From: Eledone cirrhosa
Taxonomy: Eukaryota
Direction: 5' to 3'
NCBI GenBank assembly: GCA_964016885.1
Contig: OZ024757.1
Span: forward strand, 36,580,001 to 36,644,000
Length of the DNA: 64,000 nt
The notes beneath the pieces are model-generated. The model made no database searches. It was not told the origin of the DNA and worked only from the letters and a program-made list of their open reading frames with translations. This document shows, piece after piece, positions 38,575 to 52,199 of this stretch (positions within the stretch are counted from its first letter, which is position 1; every line of letters begins with the position of its first letter). A program made the translations under genes and the position numbers.

Positions 38575-38786
38575 TCCAGTTGCTCTGTCTGACCTCTCAG
38601 GACCCATTAGTCCAGTTGCTCTGTCTGACCTCTCAGGACCCATTAGTCCAGTTGCTCTGTCTGACCTCTCAGGACCCATTAGTCCAGTTGCTCTGTCTGA
38701 CCTCTCAGGACCCATTAGTCCAGTTGCTCTGTCTGACCTCTCAGGACCCATTAGTCCAGTTGCTCTGTCTGACCTCTCAGGACCCA
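38575..38786. repeat. 39 bp near-perfect tandem repeat, ~5.5 copies
   Basis: agtccagttgctctgtctgacctctcaggacccatt repeated; period read as 36-39 bp. Confidence 0.9.
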
Positions 38787-39604
38787 AACTAAACATACTT
38801 TTCCAAAACTTTCCTCTCCAGATCTCAAACTTTCTGAAATCTCACCACATCCTTCCACACACAGATACTCTTTTACTGGTTTCAGTCATTAATTAGATAG
38901 ACAACAGCCATATTCAAAATTGGTACTTATTTTATCGATCTCCTTTTGTTGAACTACTAGGTCCTAATAATTGGGACATGTACACAGACAGACATGGAGA
39001 CACACACACATATAATAGGGGCATATAAGATGACATATATAACATGTTTATGTATAATAAACATACATAACTCTCCCTGTATCCCTTGGGATATGGTGTA
39101 GATGTTTTAAGCTGTGATCCTGTTCCACAGGTGCCCTAGTAACTGTATGAGAACACCAAATACAAGCATTTCAGGATCTTGATCCATCATCAGTGAGGTT
39201 TATTCATTCAGTACTGAGGTAAAATTAGTGAATATTAATTACAACGATAATAATGATTACCATGATGATGATGAGTGATTGTGAGATTGATGTTGACAAT
39301 AGTGATGATGATATTAACTGAAGATGTTGACATTGATGATAATGATGTCGATGAGTGATGTTGACAATAATGACACTAACGATGTTGACAATGATGACGA
39401 TGGTAATGATATTGATAATGCTGATGGTAATGACTGTTGACTAATGACAGTGATGATGTTGATAGTGATGATGATGATGATATTGACAGTGATGATGATG
39501 ACTGCCGTTCTTCCTCAATTACAAGACCATGTTAATTGCGTAAACAACCAAAGGTGTTACCATGGTGACCACGCGTCGACACCGATTGAATAACATTATC
39601 ACTT

Positions 39605-39790
39605 GGTGAATTGGCAGTATCGGTAGAGGGTCGGACGCCATGCTTTAACGCATAGAGTTACGGCCCTTGCCATTCTGAGTTCAAATCCCGCCGAGGTTAA
39701 CTTTGCCTTTCATCCTTATGGGGTCGATAAAATAAAGCACCAGTAATGCACTAGGTAATTGCTGGTCTTGTGCCAATAGTAGAAACAATT
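39605..39790 (+). mobile_element. tRNA-derived SINE
   Basis: Same family; forms an inverted pair with 40298-40490. Confidence 0.8.
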
Positions 39791-40297
39791 ATCACTTGTT
39801 TTGTTTGTTTACACACACACTACCCCCCCCCCCCCCCTCCACCCCCCACCCCCCTCTCCACAATTAATTGTGACCTCAAAATACTGGTTGTAATCTTGTA
39901 ATTACCAGGCCGTAGCAATATGAATGATATATGAGCACCTATATTGCTACTGTCATTAACCTGGTATGAGGGTAATGAGAGAGGGATGGAGGGAGGAAGG
40001 ATTGAGATGGTGTGGGGGAGGAACAGAGAAAGAGGGAGAAGGAGAGAAGAGAGAGATGGGGGAAGAGGGGGGAAGGGGATACAGAGAAGGGAGAGTGACA
40101 GAGAGGGAAAGAGGAGATAGAGACGGACACGGAGAGGGGAGGGGAGGGAGAGAGGAGAGAGAAAGAAAGACTATGAGGTCAATCGACTTGCTAGAAACAG
40201 CAGCTAAATCCCACCCTTCCACAATAAAAAGAAGAAAGAAAAAGAGATAGACAGGTAGATTTGATGGTCCCAGATATTCAATGAGATATATACTAAA

Positions 40298-40490
40298 TAA
40301 TTGTTTCTACTATTGGCACAAGACCAGCAATTACCTAGTGCATTACTGGTACTTTATTTTATCGACCCCGTAAGGATGGAAGGCCAAGTTAACCTCAGCG
40401 GGATTTGAACTCAGAATGGCAAGGGCCGTAACTCTATGCGTCAAAGCATGGCATCCGACCCTCTACCGATACTGCCAATCCACCGCCCTC
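40298..40490 (-). mobile_element. tRNA-derived SINE
   Basis: Near-identical reverse complement of 39605-39790. Confidence 0.8.
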
Positions 40491-43400
40491 ATATATATAC
40501 TAAATAATGGACTGAAATACACCTTCATTGATTCTAATAATGAGTGTTCCAGTTGTGAAACCAATGGAACGGCCTGCATCTAAAATTACATCATAAATGG
40601 CTTAACATAAGTATGAGCAGCCGGTTTGAACAGAAAGAGGTGAGATAATTCTAGCTGGTTACAGCCAGTTTGAACAGAAAGAGGTGAGATAATTCTAGCC
40701 AGTTACAGCCAGTTTGAACAGAAAGAGGTGAGTACTCTGGCCAGATATGGCCGGTTTGAGCAGAAAGAGGTGAGAATTCTGGCTGGATACGGCCGGTTTG
40801 AACAGAAAGAGGTGAGAGAATTCTGGCTGGATATGGCCGGTTTAAATGCTAAGGGGTTAAATGTAGTACTCAGGGAAATGAAATGAATTCTACAGCTTGA
40901 ACTAATGATGCAGGTTTAGCTGGCATCCTACGAGGTTGTATCTCAGAGGTTTCTTGGGTGTTTTAATGATAGGGAGTCCCAGTTTTCTTATGCTGTTGTT
41001 ACAGCTCACACTTTGGTAGGTTTAGCTGACCTCCTACAAGGTTGTATCTCAGGGATTTCTTGGGTGTTTTAATAAAAGGTACCCAAATCCTGGTGTGTTG
41101 TTACAGCTCACACTTAGGTAGGTTTAGCTGGCCTCCTACAGGGTTGGATCATATAATGAGGTTTCTCAGCTGTTTTAATTATACGGGATCAATAAAATAA
41201 AGTACCAGTAATTCACTGGATTTTATCGACTTCACCTTCCCCCCAAAAATTGTTGGCTTTATGTCTAAATTAGAAACCATTATTCTTTCCATTGCTGATA
41301 CCATCCACAGGTGAGCAGACCTGGTATAGTTTAGATCTGTAGTTTTGTTAATCAAGCTTCACAGAGACCTCAACAATGACAAAATCAATGTATATTTACA
41401 CAGCGAATAATAGACACTTCAGATGTTGTTATCTGATCAATACTTTATTGAGGCCACCAATCAATACCATCACATCTGGACACACGCATATACATACGCA
41501 CACACGCATACATACATGGGACCCGAGAGTACAAGTTGAAAATGTGCTATATTTTTCAGAAATTTATCTAGCTACCCTGGCTATGCTCACAGTATATAGC
41601 TGAATATGAACATTTTAATCAAGTAAAAGTAAAGATCCCCCCCCCCTCTCCCTTCGGTCACGAATGACCATGGAATTTGCACCTAGAAAGTTCCCCTCCG
41701 GGGCACAAGTCCGGGCAAGGTTATTTGTGGAAGACCTGTAGTCACCCATACATACCAGTCTCCCCTCTCCACACCACTGACGTGATAACATATATATATT
41801 ATATATATATTTGATATACACTATATTTGATGTTGTCCAAGAGAAAGACAATGGCTGATACAGCTTGGCACCAGAGACGTGACAACATATATATATAATA
41901 TAAACATTATATATACACTATATATGATGTTGTCCAAGGGAAAGACAATGGCTGATACAGCTTGGCACCAGAGACGTCTCAAATCATTTCTACAGCTGAG
42001 TGAACTGGAGCAACGTGAAATAAAGTGTCCTGCTCAAGAACTCAACGCAAAGCCCGGTCCGAGAATTGAACTCATAACCTCACGATTGCAAGCCCGATGT
42101 TCTAACCACTAAGCCATAGGCCTTCTTAATCAAATAGACAAGGAAGAAAACCCCAATAAAAATGTAGGTTAACCCTTTAGCATTTAAACTGGCTGTGTCC
42201 AGCCAAATTCTCTCACCTCTTTCTGTTCAAACCTGCCATAATTGGCTGCTCATACTGACATTAAGGTATAGTTCTTAAAGTAGATAAATTATTGTGAAAA
42301 TACAATAGTAATGTAAATGATATTATGTGAGGTAAAGCCTTTATTGTGGAAATACAATAGTATATATAGAGTAATGTAAATTCTATGTGAGATATTATGT
42401 GAGATAAAGTCTTCACTGTGAAAATACAATAGTATATATAGAGTAATATAAATGTTGTGTGTAAAATATAATAAAAAATCAGTTACAATAATCAACAAAC
42501 AAAACAGAAACCAATTTATGCCTATAGTTACATAATTATTCACCAGCTACTAGTAACTCTAAACCACAATTTAATAGCGCAGAAGTCTTTAACTTGAGCC
42601 CTTTCGATTCTATATTTTTAATAAATAAAAATAAAAACTGTTTATTATTTTCAAATATCGCAAGGAGCATTGGAAAACCTCTCTAATAATTTTGTAGGCA
42701 AACCAACACACTCATGGCGAGGCTGATGCGCTGGAACATCCAACGAGCATCACTAGTTACTTCGGTTAGGCGAGCCTCCAGTGATAACAATTATTTTGAA
42801 AATAATAATTTAGAGAGATTTTTAACTTTCTCATTGCGCCAAGCTAACTTTGATATGTAAAATTGAGGGCAGGGGTTCTTGTGTATTCTAAATTGTGTAT
42901 GAAGGGGACCCCAAAACCTGAACTGCCCAGAACCCTCCAAGGTATAAATCAAACCTTGACAACATGGAAAAGTGAACGTAAAAATAATTGTTTCTACTTT
43001 TGGCACAAGGCCAGCAATTACCCAGTGCATTACTGGTACTTTATTTTATCGACCCCGTAAGGATGAAAGGCAAAGTCAACCTCGGCGGGATTTGAACTCG
43101 TAAAAATAATGACGACGATGATGATAATAATTGGATCAGGTATAAATAGATTCGGTTAGGGTTACTGAAATAGACAACACAGAGAGAAAGAAAGAGAGAG
43201 AGAGAGAGAGAGATGGGTGTGTGGAACAAAACAAGCACGTGTAGCGTAAGACAGAATGCACATGTTCAATAAAGATTATTCACTGCTGAACTAATACAGT
43301 ACAAAACAACAACATTAATATGTATATAGGAAGAGTTGATAATAGCAGCGTTTCACTGGCATAGTTATAAATTACGTCATATATATATTTAAATTCAACA

Positions 43401-43879
43401 AGATCTCTCCAGTTGATGTGTTGTAATTTTTCTTTTCCAAATGACCGAAAAGAAAGCATATATATATTAGCTTTCTCCGATTATGTATTTATATTTATAT
43501 ATATATATAGGTCAATATAAAACGGGGTTAAATTCTGAGAAAGTGGTTAAGTCTTTGGACAATTTCAACGAAATTTTTCTAGTGTTTTGGCAAGAAAACA
43601 CGCACGTGTGTGTGTGTATGTCTGTATGTGTCTAAGCATATAATATGTATGTGTATACCACCGAAACTGTATCCATATTATATATATATATATATATATA
43701 TTTATTTATATATGTGTGTGTGTATGCAGGGTTTAATCGGGGTTTACCACACTAAGTAAGGTACTCAATACATAGCAGAGAATGAATATTTAATATAGAA
43801 ATGACTTCTACAGTACTAGAACTGTTTTCTTCGAAACTGATTCCTTCGAAAGAAATCATGTGTGTGTGTATATATATAA

Positions 43880-44010
43880 TGTTTAATATAAAACTAGCTT
43901 CTACAGGACTAGAACTGTTTCATTCAAACGAAATCATCAAGAAAGCTTTCCTGGCGATTTCTTTTGAATGAAACAGTTCTAGTCCTGTAGAAGATAATTC
44001 TATACTAAAC
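43880..44010. repeat. Fold-back element with a hammerhead-like motif (family also at 6531-6646, 28058-28120, 43800-43860)
   Basis: cttctacaggactagaactgtttcattcaaa / tttgaatgaaacagttctagtcctgtagaag. Confidence 0.85.
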
Positions 44011-44065
44011 ATTATGTTTACACTCTACCAATGTATTGAGTACCTTACTATGGTTACCCCGATAT

Positions 44066-44161
44066 ATACTGGGTGTCCACAAAAATGTATACACACTTCA
44101 ACGGCATTCTAATATACAGGTAATCAAAGTGTGTATACATTTTTTTGAGGACACCCTGTAT
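44066..44161. mobile_element. Tc1/mariner-type MITE
   Basis: TA-c(t/a)gggtgtcc..aaaaatgtatacacactt terminal inverted repeats, TA flanks. Confidence 0.7.
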
Positions 44162-44735
44162 ATATTTGTGTATGTGTTTATCGTTACAGTTTGCAAACGT
44201 AAGGAAAATGAGCCCAATACGAAAGTATATGGAATATATATTATATCAGAGACTATTTTCTGTGGCTAGAGTTCCGCGGGCTCCCGCTGATCGTAATAAG
44301 ACTAACCTATATATATATAATTGAAGGTACCCATTTCCGTGCGTTGTATTGAAGCGAATAACTGTGTCTACTCTGGGAATTTATTTAACATTACCTATTG
44401 AGTAATGCTGAGATGGAACTGGTCCTGGCAGTGAAACCCATGCTAGTTCCGTCAACTTATTATATATATAGGTTAACGTTTGTCTAAACATGAAGGTAGG
44501 GGCGGAATGCTCAACACAAAGACGAAATCAGTAGACTGAAGTGGGGTGTGTATGGTTTCTTAGAAGTTAAATACAACGTATCAGAAAGACGCATTATATA
44601 TATATATATATATATATACATACACACACCACACACACACATATTACCTATATATGTATATATATCACTAATCTATCTATCTCTCTATATGTATACACAC
44701 ACAACCACCTATATATACGTACATCCACTTATCTT

Positions 44736-44780
<45 letters not shown>

Positions 44781-45135
44781 TCTACCTATACATATACACA
44801 TATATCTACTTATATATGTATATCACACACTTATCTATCTATGTAAATACATACACACATAACTACTTATATATACACACATCCACTTATATATATGTAT
44901 CTACCGATCTCTCGATTTCTCTATCTCTCTCTCTCTATATATATATATAACTTATGTATCTCCCTCTCTCTTATATATATATATATATATATATAATAAT
45001 TGTTGTTCCACTTTGTTGAGCAAGTTACAAGTTATTAGGTTGAAGAAGTTATTGGAGAGAAAAACACGTTATTATGGTCGATATACCAGAAGAAAAACAA
45101 CAATTTACATAACAACGACACAACTACGAACCTCA

Positions 45136-45166
<31 letters not shown>

Positions 45167-45721
45167 TACATTGGCAATATATATATGTGTGTGTGTGTGT
45201 ATATATATGGATAGTTTTTTCAAAAAGGGGGTAGGAAACAACCCACACCCAGTTAAATAAAGTACTCAATACGTTAGTAGAAAATAATCTTATTTATTTC
45301 AAATCAAGTTCTAATCCTGTAAAAGTAATTTCTACATTTAAATAGAGATAGATATATAGTTAGATGTAAATATATATAGATATAGATAGATATATAGATA
45401 GCTATAGATATAAATATAGTTCGATATATAGATAGATAGATATAGATATAAAATACGTACTTACCAAATATTAAGATTTTAATTGCACCTCATGGATGTA
45501 ATAAATCATTCACAAAGCACACTTCGAAGAGAATGAAGGCGCTCATGTGTGAATGAGCTACATATATATAATATAGTTTTAAATTAGTCAAAACTCCATC
45601 TTCGTTTAGTGCTTTTTCACCCTCTAAACTGTTTGTTTTGTTTTTGATTTTTACTTTACACCCGCTAACCTTGCAATAGTTATCTCCCCTTGTTGAGTGT
45701 AACTCTTCCATGTTATTTGGG

Positions 45722-45895
45722 TCGGTGGTTTGGCAGTATCGGTAGAGGGACGGACGCCATGCTTTGTAGCATAGAGTTACAGCCCTTTATGATCTGAGTT
45801 CAAATCCCGCCGAGGTTAACTTTGCTTTTCATCATTACAGGGTCGATAAAATAAAGTACCAGTAATGCACTGGTGCCAAAAGTAAAAACAATTAT
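45722..45895 (+). mobile_element. tRNA-derived SINE
   Basis: Same family as above. Confidence 0.8.
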
Positions 45896-46349
45896 TTGTG
45901 GAGTTTATTTTTTTTAGACTTTTAGCCTTTCAAAGAATTTTCATTTTCATAATTACTTGGAAATAATAAGGATAGAAATATAGGATAGAAAGGTTTAAAT
46001 TGTTTATATTTACCTTCCACCATCGTTTTTACCTTCTACTATCGTTTTACGACAGAACCCTTTAAGATATAAAAATGTATTGTTAATATAACTCTAAATT
46101 GGTCAGATATACAGAAAAAGAAATGCCATAAATGAGAGGAAAAGGAGGTAAAGAGCAAGGAGAACTATTAGGAAGAAAAAATGAAGAAGAACTTTCGTTA
46201 AGTTATGTTCCAAACACCAACTTAATATATATTTTTGAGTGTGTGTGGGGAGGAAAGGACATATATATTGAATTTGAATAAAATGTTGACCCCAAAAACT
46301 TGGTGCCCTTAGCATGTGTTTATTTTGTTCATTGGTTAATCTAGCTGAG

Positions 46350-46608
46350 AGATCACAGCTCTGATACTATTGGCATGTGGTTAGAATGTCTCAGGAAACA
46401 ATCGCTGGACAGATTTTACTGGCAAGGAGACCCAGGAGTAGACCCCGAGCAAGATGTTTGGATAACATCCATGAGCTTGGCTGGTCACACTTGAGGATCC
46501 AGCCGGATCAGTTGGAGACAGTTCCTTCTGACAGGACCCTCTGGAGGGAGTGTTTGAGGACTCTGCACACACAACCCTCTCAAGAATAAGTGGGAGAAGG
46601 AGAAGAAG
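46350..46608 (+). mobile_element. 3' fragment of an RTE-like LINE
   Basis: GHVVRMSQE..RRPRSRPRARCLDNI..DRTLWR then an (aga)n tail. Confidence 0.7.
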
Positions 46609-46749
46609 GTTAATCCAACCCTGGTCTTGCTTGAGGACTCAATGTGACACCCAGGTCAAAAATCAAACTCCACACCCTTACAACCATGAGCCTGGCACCC
46701 TAACCACAAAGCCACGCTCATTTACTAACAATGCTAGCATTGTAAAAAC

Positions 46750-47500
46750 ATGATGATGGTGGTGATGTTGATACTGAGGATGATAATGATAAGGGTGATT
46801 ATGATGGTAATGATGATAATGGTGGTGGTGGTGACTATGATGATAATGATGGTGATGTTGATAATGGAGATGGTGGTGGTGAGGATAATGATAAGGGTGA
46901 TTATGACGATGATAGTGATGGTGATGTTACTGATGACGATGATGGTGGTGATGGCGCTGATGATGATGATGATAGTGGTATTAATGATGATAGTGCTGAT
47001 GATAATGAAGATGGCAGTGATGATAATGATGGTAATGATGATAGTGGTGGTGGTGGTGGTGGTGGTGATGGTAATGATGATAGTGGTGGTAGTGATGATG
47101 ATGATAGTGGTGGTAGTGGTGGTAGTGATGATAATGATGATAGTGGTGGTGGTAGTGGTGGTAGTGATGATGATGATAGTGGTGGTAGTGATGATAATGA
47201 TGGTAGTGGTGGTAGTGATGATAATGGTGATGATGATGATAGTGGTGGTAGTGGTGGTAGTGATGATAATGATGGTAGTGGTGGTAGTGATGATAATGGT
47301 GATAGTGGTGGTAGTGATGATAATGGTGATGATGATAGTGGTGGTAGTGGTGGTTTTGATGATAATGATGATAGTGGTGGTAGTGATGATAGTGATGATG
47401 ATGATAGTGATGATAGTGATGATGATGATGATAGTGGTGGTAGTGATGATAAAGATGGTAGTGATGATAGTGGTGGTAGTGGTGGTATTGATGATGAAAG
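46750..47500. repeat. Cryptic (GAT/GGT/AGT)n trinucleotide array
   Basis: Gives low-complexity ORFs in several frames on both strands. Confidence 0.95.
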
Positions 47501-47760
47501 ATAAGTCCATGAGTTAAATACCCCAATTTACCATATTTAGGTGTAATTGCAACAGATATTATCTCAGTTAAGGGTGTGTATCATAGTTTTTGGTAGGAGT
47601 TTAACTTTATCTTTCAGTTCTCTATCAAGCAGGCGGAATAGAATTATTACACAAAAGTCTTTGATGTTAGAAGTTTTGGCAAGTTTGAATAAATGTCTAC
47701 ATCAGTTATATTGCATTCCTTAGTGTGTATTATATATACATATACGAATGTATGAATTTA

Positions 47761-47918
<158 letters not shown>

Positions 47919-48452
47919 AATTTATATATGTATGCATATAAATGTGTGTGTGTGTATATATATATGCATGTGCGTATGTATATGCCTGTGTGTGTATATC
48001 TTTAGTATACACCCAGTACAGTACACTTGTCTAAAATAACATACCTTTGTGTGTTAGCACTGAGTGGTGCCAACTTGAGAAAGTAAACAGTATGATGACA
48101 ACATCAACATCAACAACAATATCACCACCATCATCACCATCAACATCATCATCAACACTACTAACATCATCATCCTTATCAGAACACTAAATGAAGATGA
48201 GGATGATGAGGTTTATGATGATGACCTCAAAAGGGTGGAAGACAAAATTAACCTCGGCAGGATTTGAACTCAGACCACAGACAGACAGAATGAAGACCCC
48301 AGACAGACAGAATGGAGACCACAGACAGACAGAATGGAGACCACAGACAGACAGAATGGAGACCACAAAGACATCCAACATCCTAACAACTCTGCTTTAT
48401 AAATATTATTGTCTCTAATTTAGGCACAACGCCAGCAAGGAAAACATACCTA

Positions 48453-48506
<54 letters not shown>

Positions 48507-48589
48507 GATATGTAAAAGGTAAACAGAAATAACAAAACAAACGGTACAGTATATGGAAAAATGGATGTAAAACGGTGATGATTTATATG

Positions 48590-48635
<46 letters not shown>

Positions 48636-48721
48636 AAAACAAGGAAGTTTCGATTACATATAAAAGATATTTATTGTGTACCAACACTAGTAATTTACTG
48701 AACCACCTAAACTATACACAC

Positions 48722-48787
<66 letters not shown>

Positions 48788-48841
48788 TATATATATAGGT
48801 GTATGTATACGTATATTTATATATATATAGGTGTATGTATG

Positions 48842-48885
<44 letters not shown>

Positions 48886-48994
48886 TGTATGTATGTATAT
48901 TTATATATATATATATATAGGTGTATGTATGTATATGTATATTTATATATATATATAGGTGTATGTATGTATATGTATATTTATATATATATAC

Positions 48995-49058
<64 letters not shown>

Positions 49059-50133
49059 CACATGCATACACATTTTATATATATATATTATCAATATTTT
49101 ACAGTATAAGAAAAATCAAAAATCAAAAAATCTTGAGATAATTTTTATACAAATTTTCTTTTTTTTTTATTTCACTTTTTTTGATAATTTCTGAAACAAT
49201 ATTTACATAAAAATCCAACAAAATATAAAATTTCAGATTCCGATAAAAAAAAAAGTTATCTTGTAACATCTATTTATTTTTTTTGTTTTGTTTTGTTCTT
49301 GCTTTTTGAGTGTGTTCATAAAAAACAAATTGATTGAAACAATAATTTAAATGCTGTTTTGCTTTTCCAAAATAAATACTTTCTCATGTATGTGTTTTTA
49401 AAGAAAGATTTTGACTAACCTTTCCATAAAGTCGTGTGAGCAATTGAATTATTGAACCCTTTTGATACTAACCAATTTGAAACCATTCCCTGATTCTACG
49501 ATACAAGACTATGTTTTAAAGTGTTTATATTTATCTAAAAACCTTCCATTATAATTTTATGAAGAAACTTTGTTAAGTTATGGTCCAATCAGCAGCTTGC
49601 TAATGAGAAAGGTGTAAAGTGTTTATATTGATCTAAAAACCTTCTATCATAATTTTATGAAGAACCTTTGTTAACCCTTTAGCATTTAAACCGGTCATAT
49701 CTGGTCAGAATTCTCTCTCCTCTTTCTGTTTAAACCAGCTATAACTAGCCACTCATATTGATGTTAGAGTATTGTTCTCAAAATAAATAATATCTAAATC
49801 TCATAGATTCAATATTATGTGAGATAATTATGTGAAGTAAAACCTCTGGTGTGAAAATATAACAGTAAATATAGAGTAATGTAAATGCTAAAGGGTTAAA
49901 GTGTTTATATTTATCTAAAAAAAAACCTCCCATCATAATTGTATGTAAGGACCTTTGTTCAGTTATGTTCCCAAACCCCAGATAAATAAGGAGAAATTTA
50001 GTTTATATGACTAAATCCCTGTAAATTTTCGATTATTTGAAAATCACAGGCAGTGTCTTTCATTAGAAATATGGTAATGAAAGGGTTAAAAGCACACACA
50101 TGTAGAATTTCTTCTGTGATGATTTTTAAAAAA

Positions 50134-51768
50134 TTAAATTGTTTCAAAGGCAAGATACTTTTTAAGAAATTCTGGCAATGGCAGTTTCGGAATTTTTTCT
50201 AAGAGATTTGGCATTAACAAATTCCTTATTAAAAATCGTATAGAATTCTTTAAAGGGAGTGGTTTCTTTCCTAAACCTTCAAAGAATTCTTTCTCTTCAA
50301 CAGATAATTCCTTACAACGGTCAATGGCATACAGATCAAACAAACTACAAGCTTCTGACAGAAGTTTGAGCAGTTTTTCATTTTCAGAAATTTTTTGAAA
50401 ATAATGCAAGATCCCGAAAGGGTTTTTTTTCCTCACGACTGTCGTAAATCCACCAAAGTGGACGGTAGCACCATGTTGAATCAAGTTGAGAATGATGTCG
50501 TAGCTTATAGACTCTTGGTTTCTGAGGTACTCAACGATGGGCGAGAAACAAGGAGCGATATAATTAACGATGCCTGCATGTTTGTTAGGGTCTGCCCCTG
50601 CTTGAAGCAGTAAATTGATTATCTCGCTTTGATTTAATGAGTTTGTTGCAGCACATGCCATCATGAGGGCTGTGCAGTCATCATCCGTGACTTCATCGAC
50701 ATCGAGAGGAAATAGAAGAACCAATTCAACCAAGTCAGATCGATCTGTCATCACCGCGGTGTGGAGGGCATTGTACTTATAGTTGGGGAACTTCGTTGGA
50801 CTTGCTTTATTCAACAATAAAGTTCTTACAATGGTTCGGGTCCCAGTCTCGAGAGCAAAATGTAAAGCTGTCTTCTGCTCAAACCTCTCAGGACATTGTA
50901 AGTTGACATCAGCGCCATATTTCAAAAGCAGACGAGTGGCAAGGATTTCATTTTCTTTTGCTGCTTTCATTAAGGGTGTGACCCCACACCGATTTATAGA
51001 ATTTGGGTCGGCGCCATACTGCAGCAAGAGATCAAGGCATTCAATATTTTGAAGTGGTACAAGATTTATTTCGAAACCCATGAAATATCGGCGATTAGCT
51101 TTGGCACCATTCTCCAAAAGGAGTTTCACAATAGCCACGTGGTTGTTTTCCAAAGCTAAGTTTATCGGTTCGATGGTTAAATCTTCTATGATTGTCTGAG
51201 GAGTCGGACCGGAAGCATCATTGGTCACAGATGGGGAACTTTCCTCATTCCTGACATTTAACTCGCTTTGAGTCTGTTCTTGGTTTTGGTCTTGATTTGG
51301 GTTTTGGTCTTCACTAGGCTCTTGGTCCTGGTCAACAGATATGGAAGCTCTAGATCTTTTAGGAGTATATTCATTAGCTTCAATGTTGATCTTGGCACCA
51401 CATTTTATCAGGTATTTCATGCTCTTTAAGTGACCTTTCCGAGCACATAGATGTAATGGTGTGTAACCAACATCATCCCTGGCGTTAATATTAGCTCCAT
51501 ACTTCAACAGGATCCGTATGATGTCCGTGTTGTTGGCATAAGAGGCATAATGGATCGGTTTCAGACCTCGGTTCACATCCCCGTTGACATTGCCCCCATA
51601 TTTTATGATGATTTCTATATCGGCCAGTGGAGCATCATGGGTAATAGCTTCAGCTAACAGTCTCTGCACCGATCTTTTTTGTAGTTCTGCCTCTTCAGCT
51701 GAGTGTTTTCCAAGCTTCCTCTTCTCTCCATTCTCATCAGGTTTGTCTGGACTTCTGGGTCCGTTTCC
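50134..51768 (-). CDS. Ankyrin repeat and SOCS box (ASB-type) protein, main exon
   Basis: Ankyrin motifs GLKPIHYA, GYTPLHLCA, GVTPLMKAA, KTALHFA, YNALHTA, CTALMMAC; C-terminal SOCS box PLPLKNSIRFLIR..IPKLPLPEFLKKYL; frame open upstream to an acceptor ttatag| at 51768. Confidence 0.95.
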   Translation of the reverse strand, partial: GNGPRSPDKPDENGEKRKLGKHSAEEAELQKRSVQRLLAEAITHDAPLADIEIIIKYGGNVNGDVNRGLKPIHYASYANNTDIIRILLKYGANINARDDVGYTPLHLCARKGHLKSMKYLIKCGAKINIEANEYTPKRSRASISVDQDQEPSEDQNPNQDQNQEQTQSELNVRNEESSPSVTNDASGPTPQTIIEDLTIEPINLALENNHVAIVKLLLENGAKANRRYFMGFEINLVPLQNIECLDLLLQYGADPNSINRCGVTPLMKAAKENEILATRLLLKYGADVNLQCPERFEQKTALHFALETGTRTIVRTLLLNKASPTKFPNYKYNALHTAVMTDRSDLVELVLLFPLDVDEVTDDDCTALMMACAATNSLNQSEIINLLLQAGADPNKHAGIVNYIAPCFSPIVEYLRNQESISYDIILNLIQHGATVHFGGFTTVVRKKNPFGILHYFQKISENEKLLKLLSEACSLFDLYAIDRCKELSVEEKEFFEGLGKKPLPLKNSIRFLIRNLLMPNLLEKIPKLPLPEFLKKYLAFETI

Positions 51769-52199
51769 CTATAAATTCCAACCAGAGAAGATATATTACA
51801 AATACAATAAAAAAAAAAAACATGTTTGAAAAATATTCAAATCATCATCATCGTCATCACTGTTTAACCCCTTTAGCATTTACATTACTCTATATATACT
51901 ATTATATTTTCCCAATAATGGCTTTACCTCACATAATTACCTAATATCGAATCTATGAGATTTTGATATTATTTATTTTGAGAACAATACCTTAACATCA
52001 GTATGAGTGGCTGATTACAGCCGGCTTGAACAAAAAGAGATGAGAGAATTCTGGCTGGATACAGCCGGTTTAAATGCTAGAATGGGCTAGACAGGTTGAC
52101 AAGTATTAAGGTTAGACTGATCTGGTGACCATGCCTTGCTTGTATGCTGTTTTTGGCTTTGTTTTCTATGGTGTGATGCACTTCCTAATGCTAACCACT

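Noticed and set aside
38557-38796. Repetitive ORF (GPERSDRATGLM)n
   Set aside because: Open only because the repeat period is a multiple of 3; no coding evidence
46734-47526. Long Ile/Thr-, Met/Val- and His/Tyr-rich ORFs
   Set aside because: Translations of a trinucleotide repeat open in several frames; no splice or domain support
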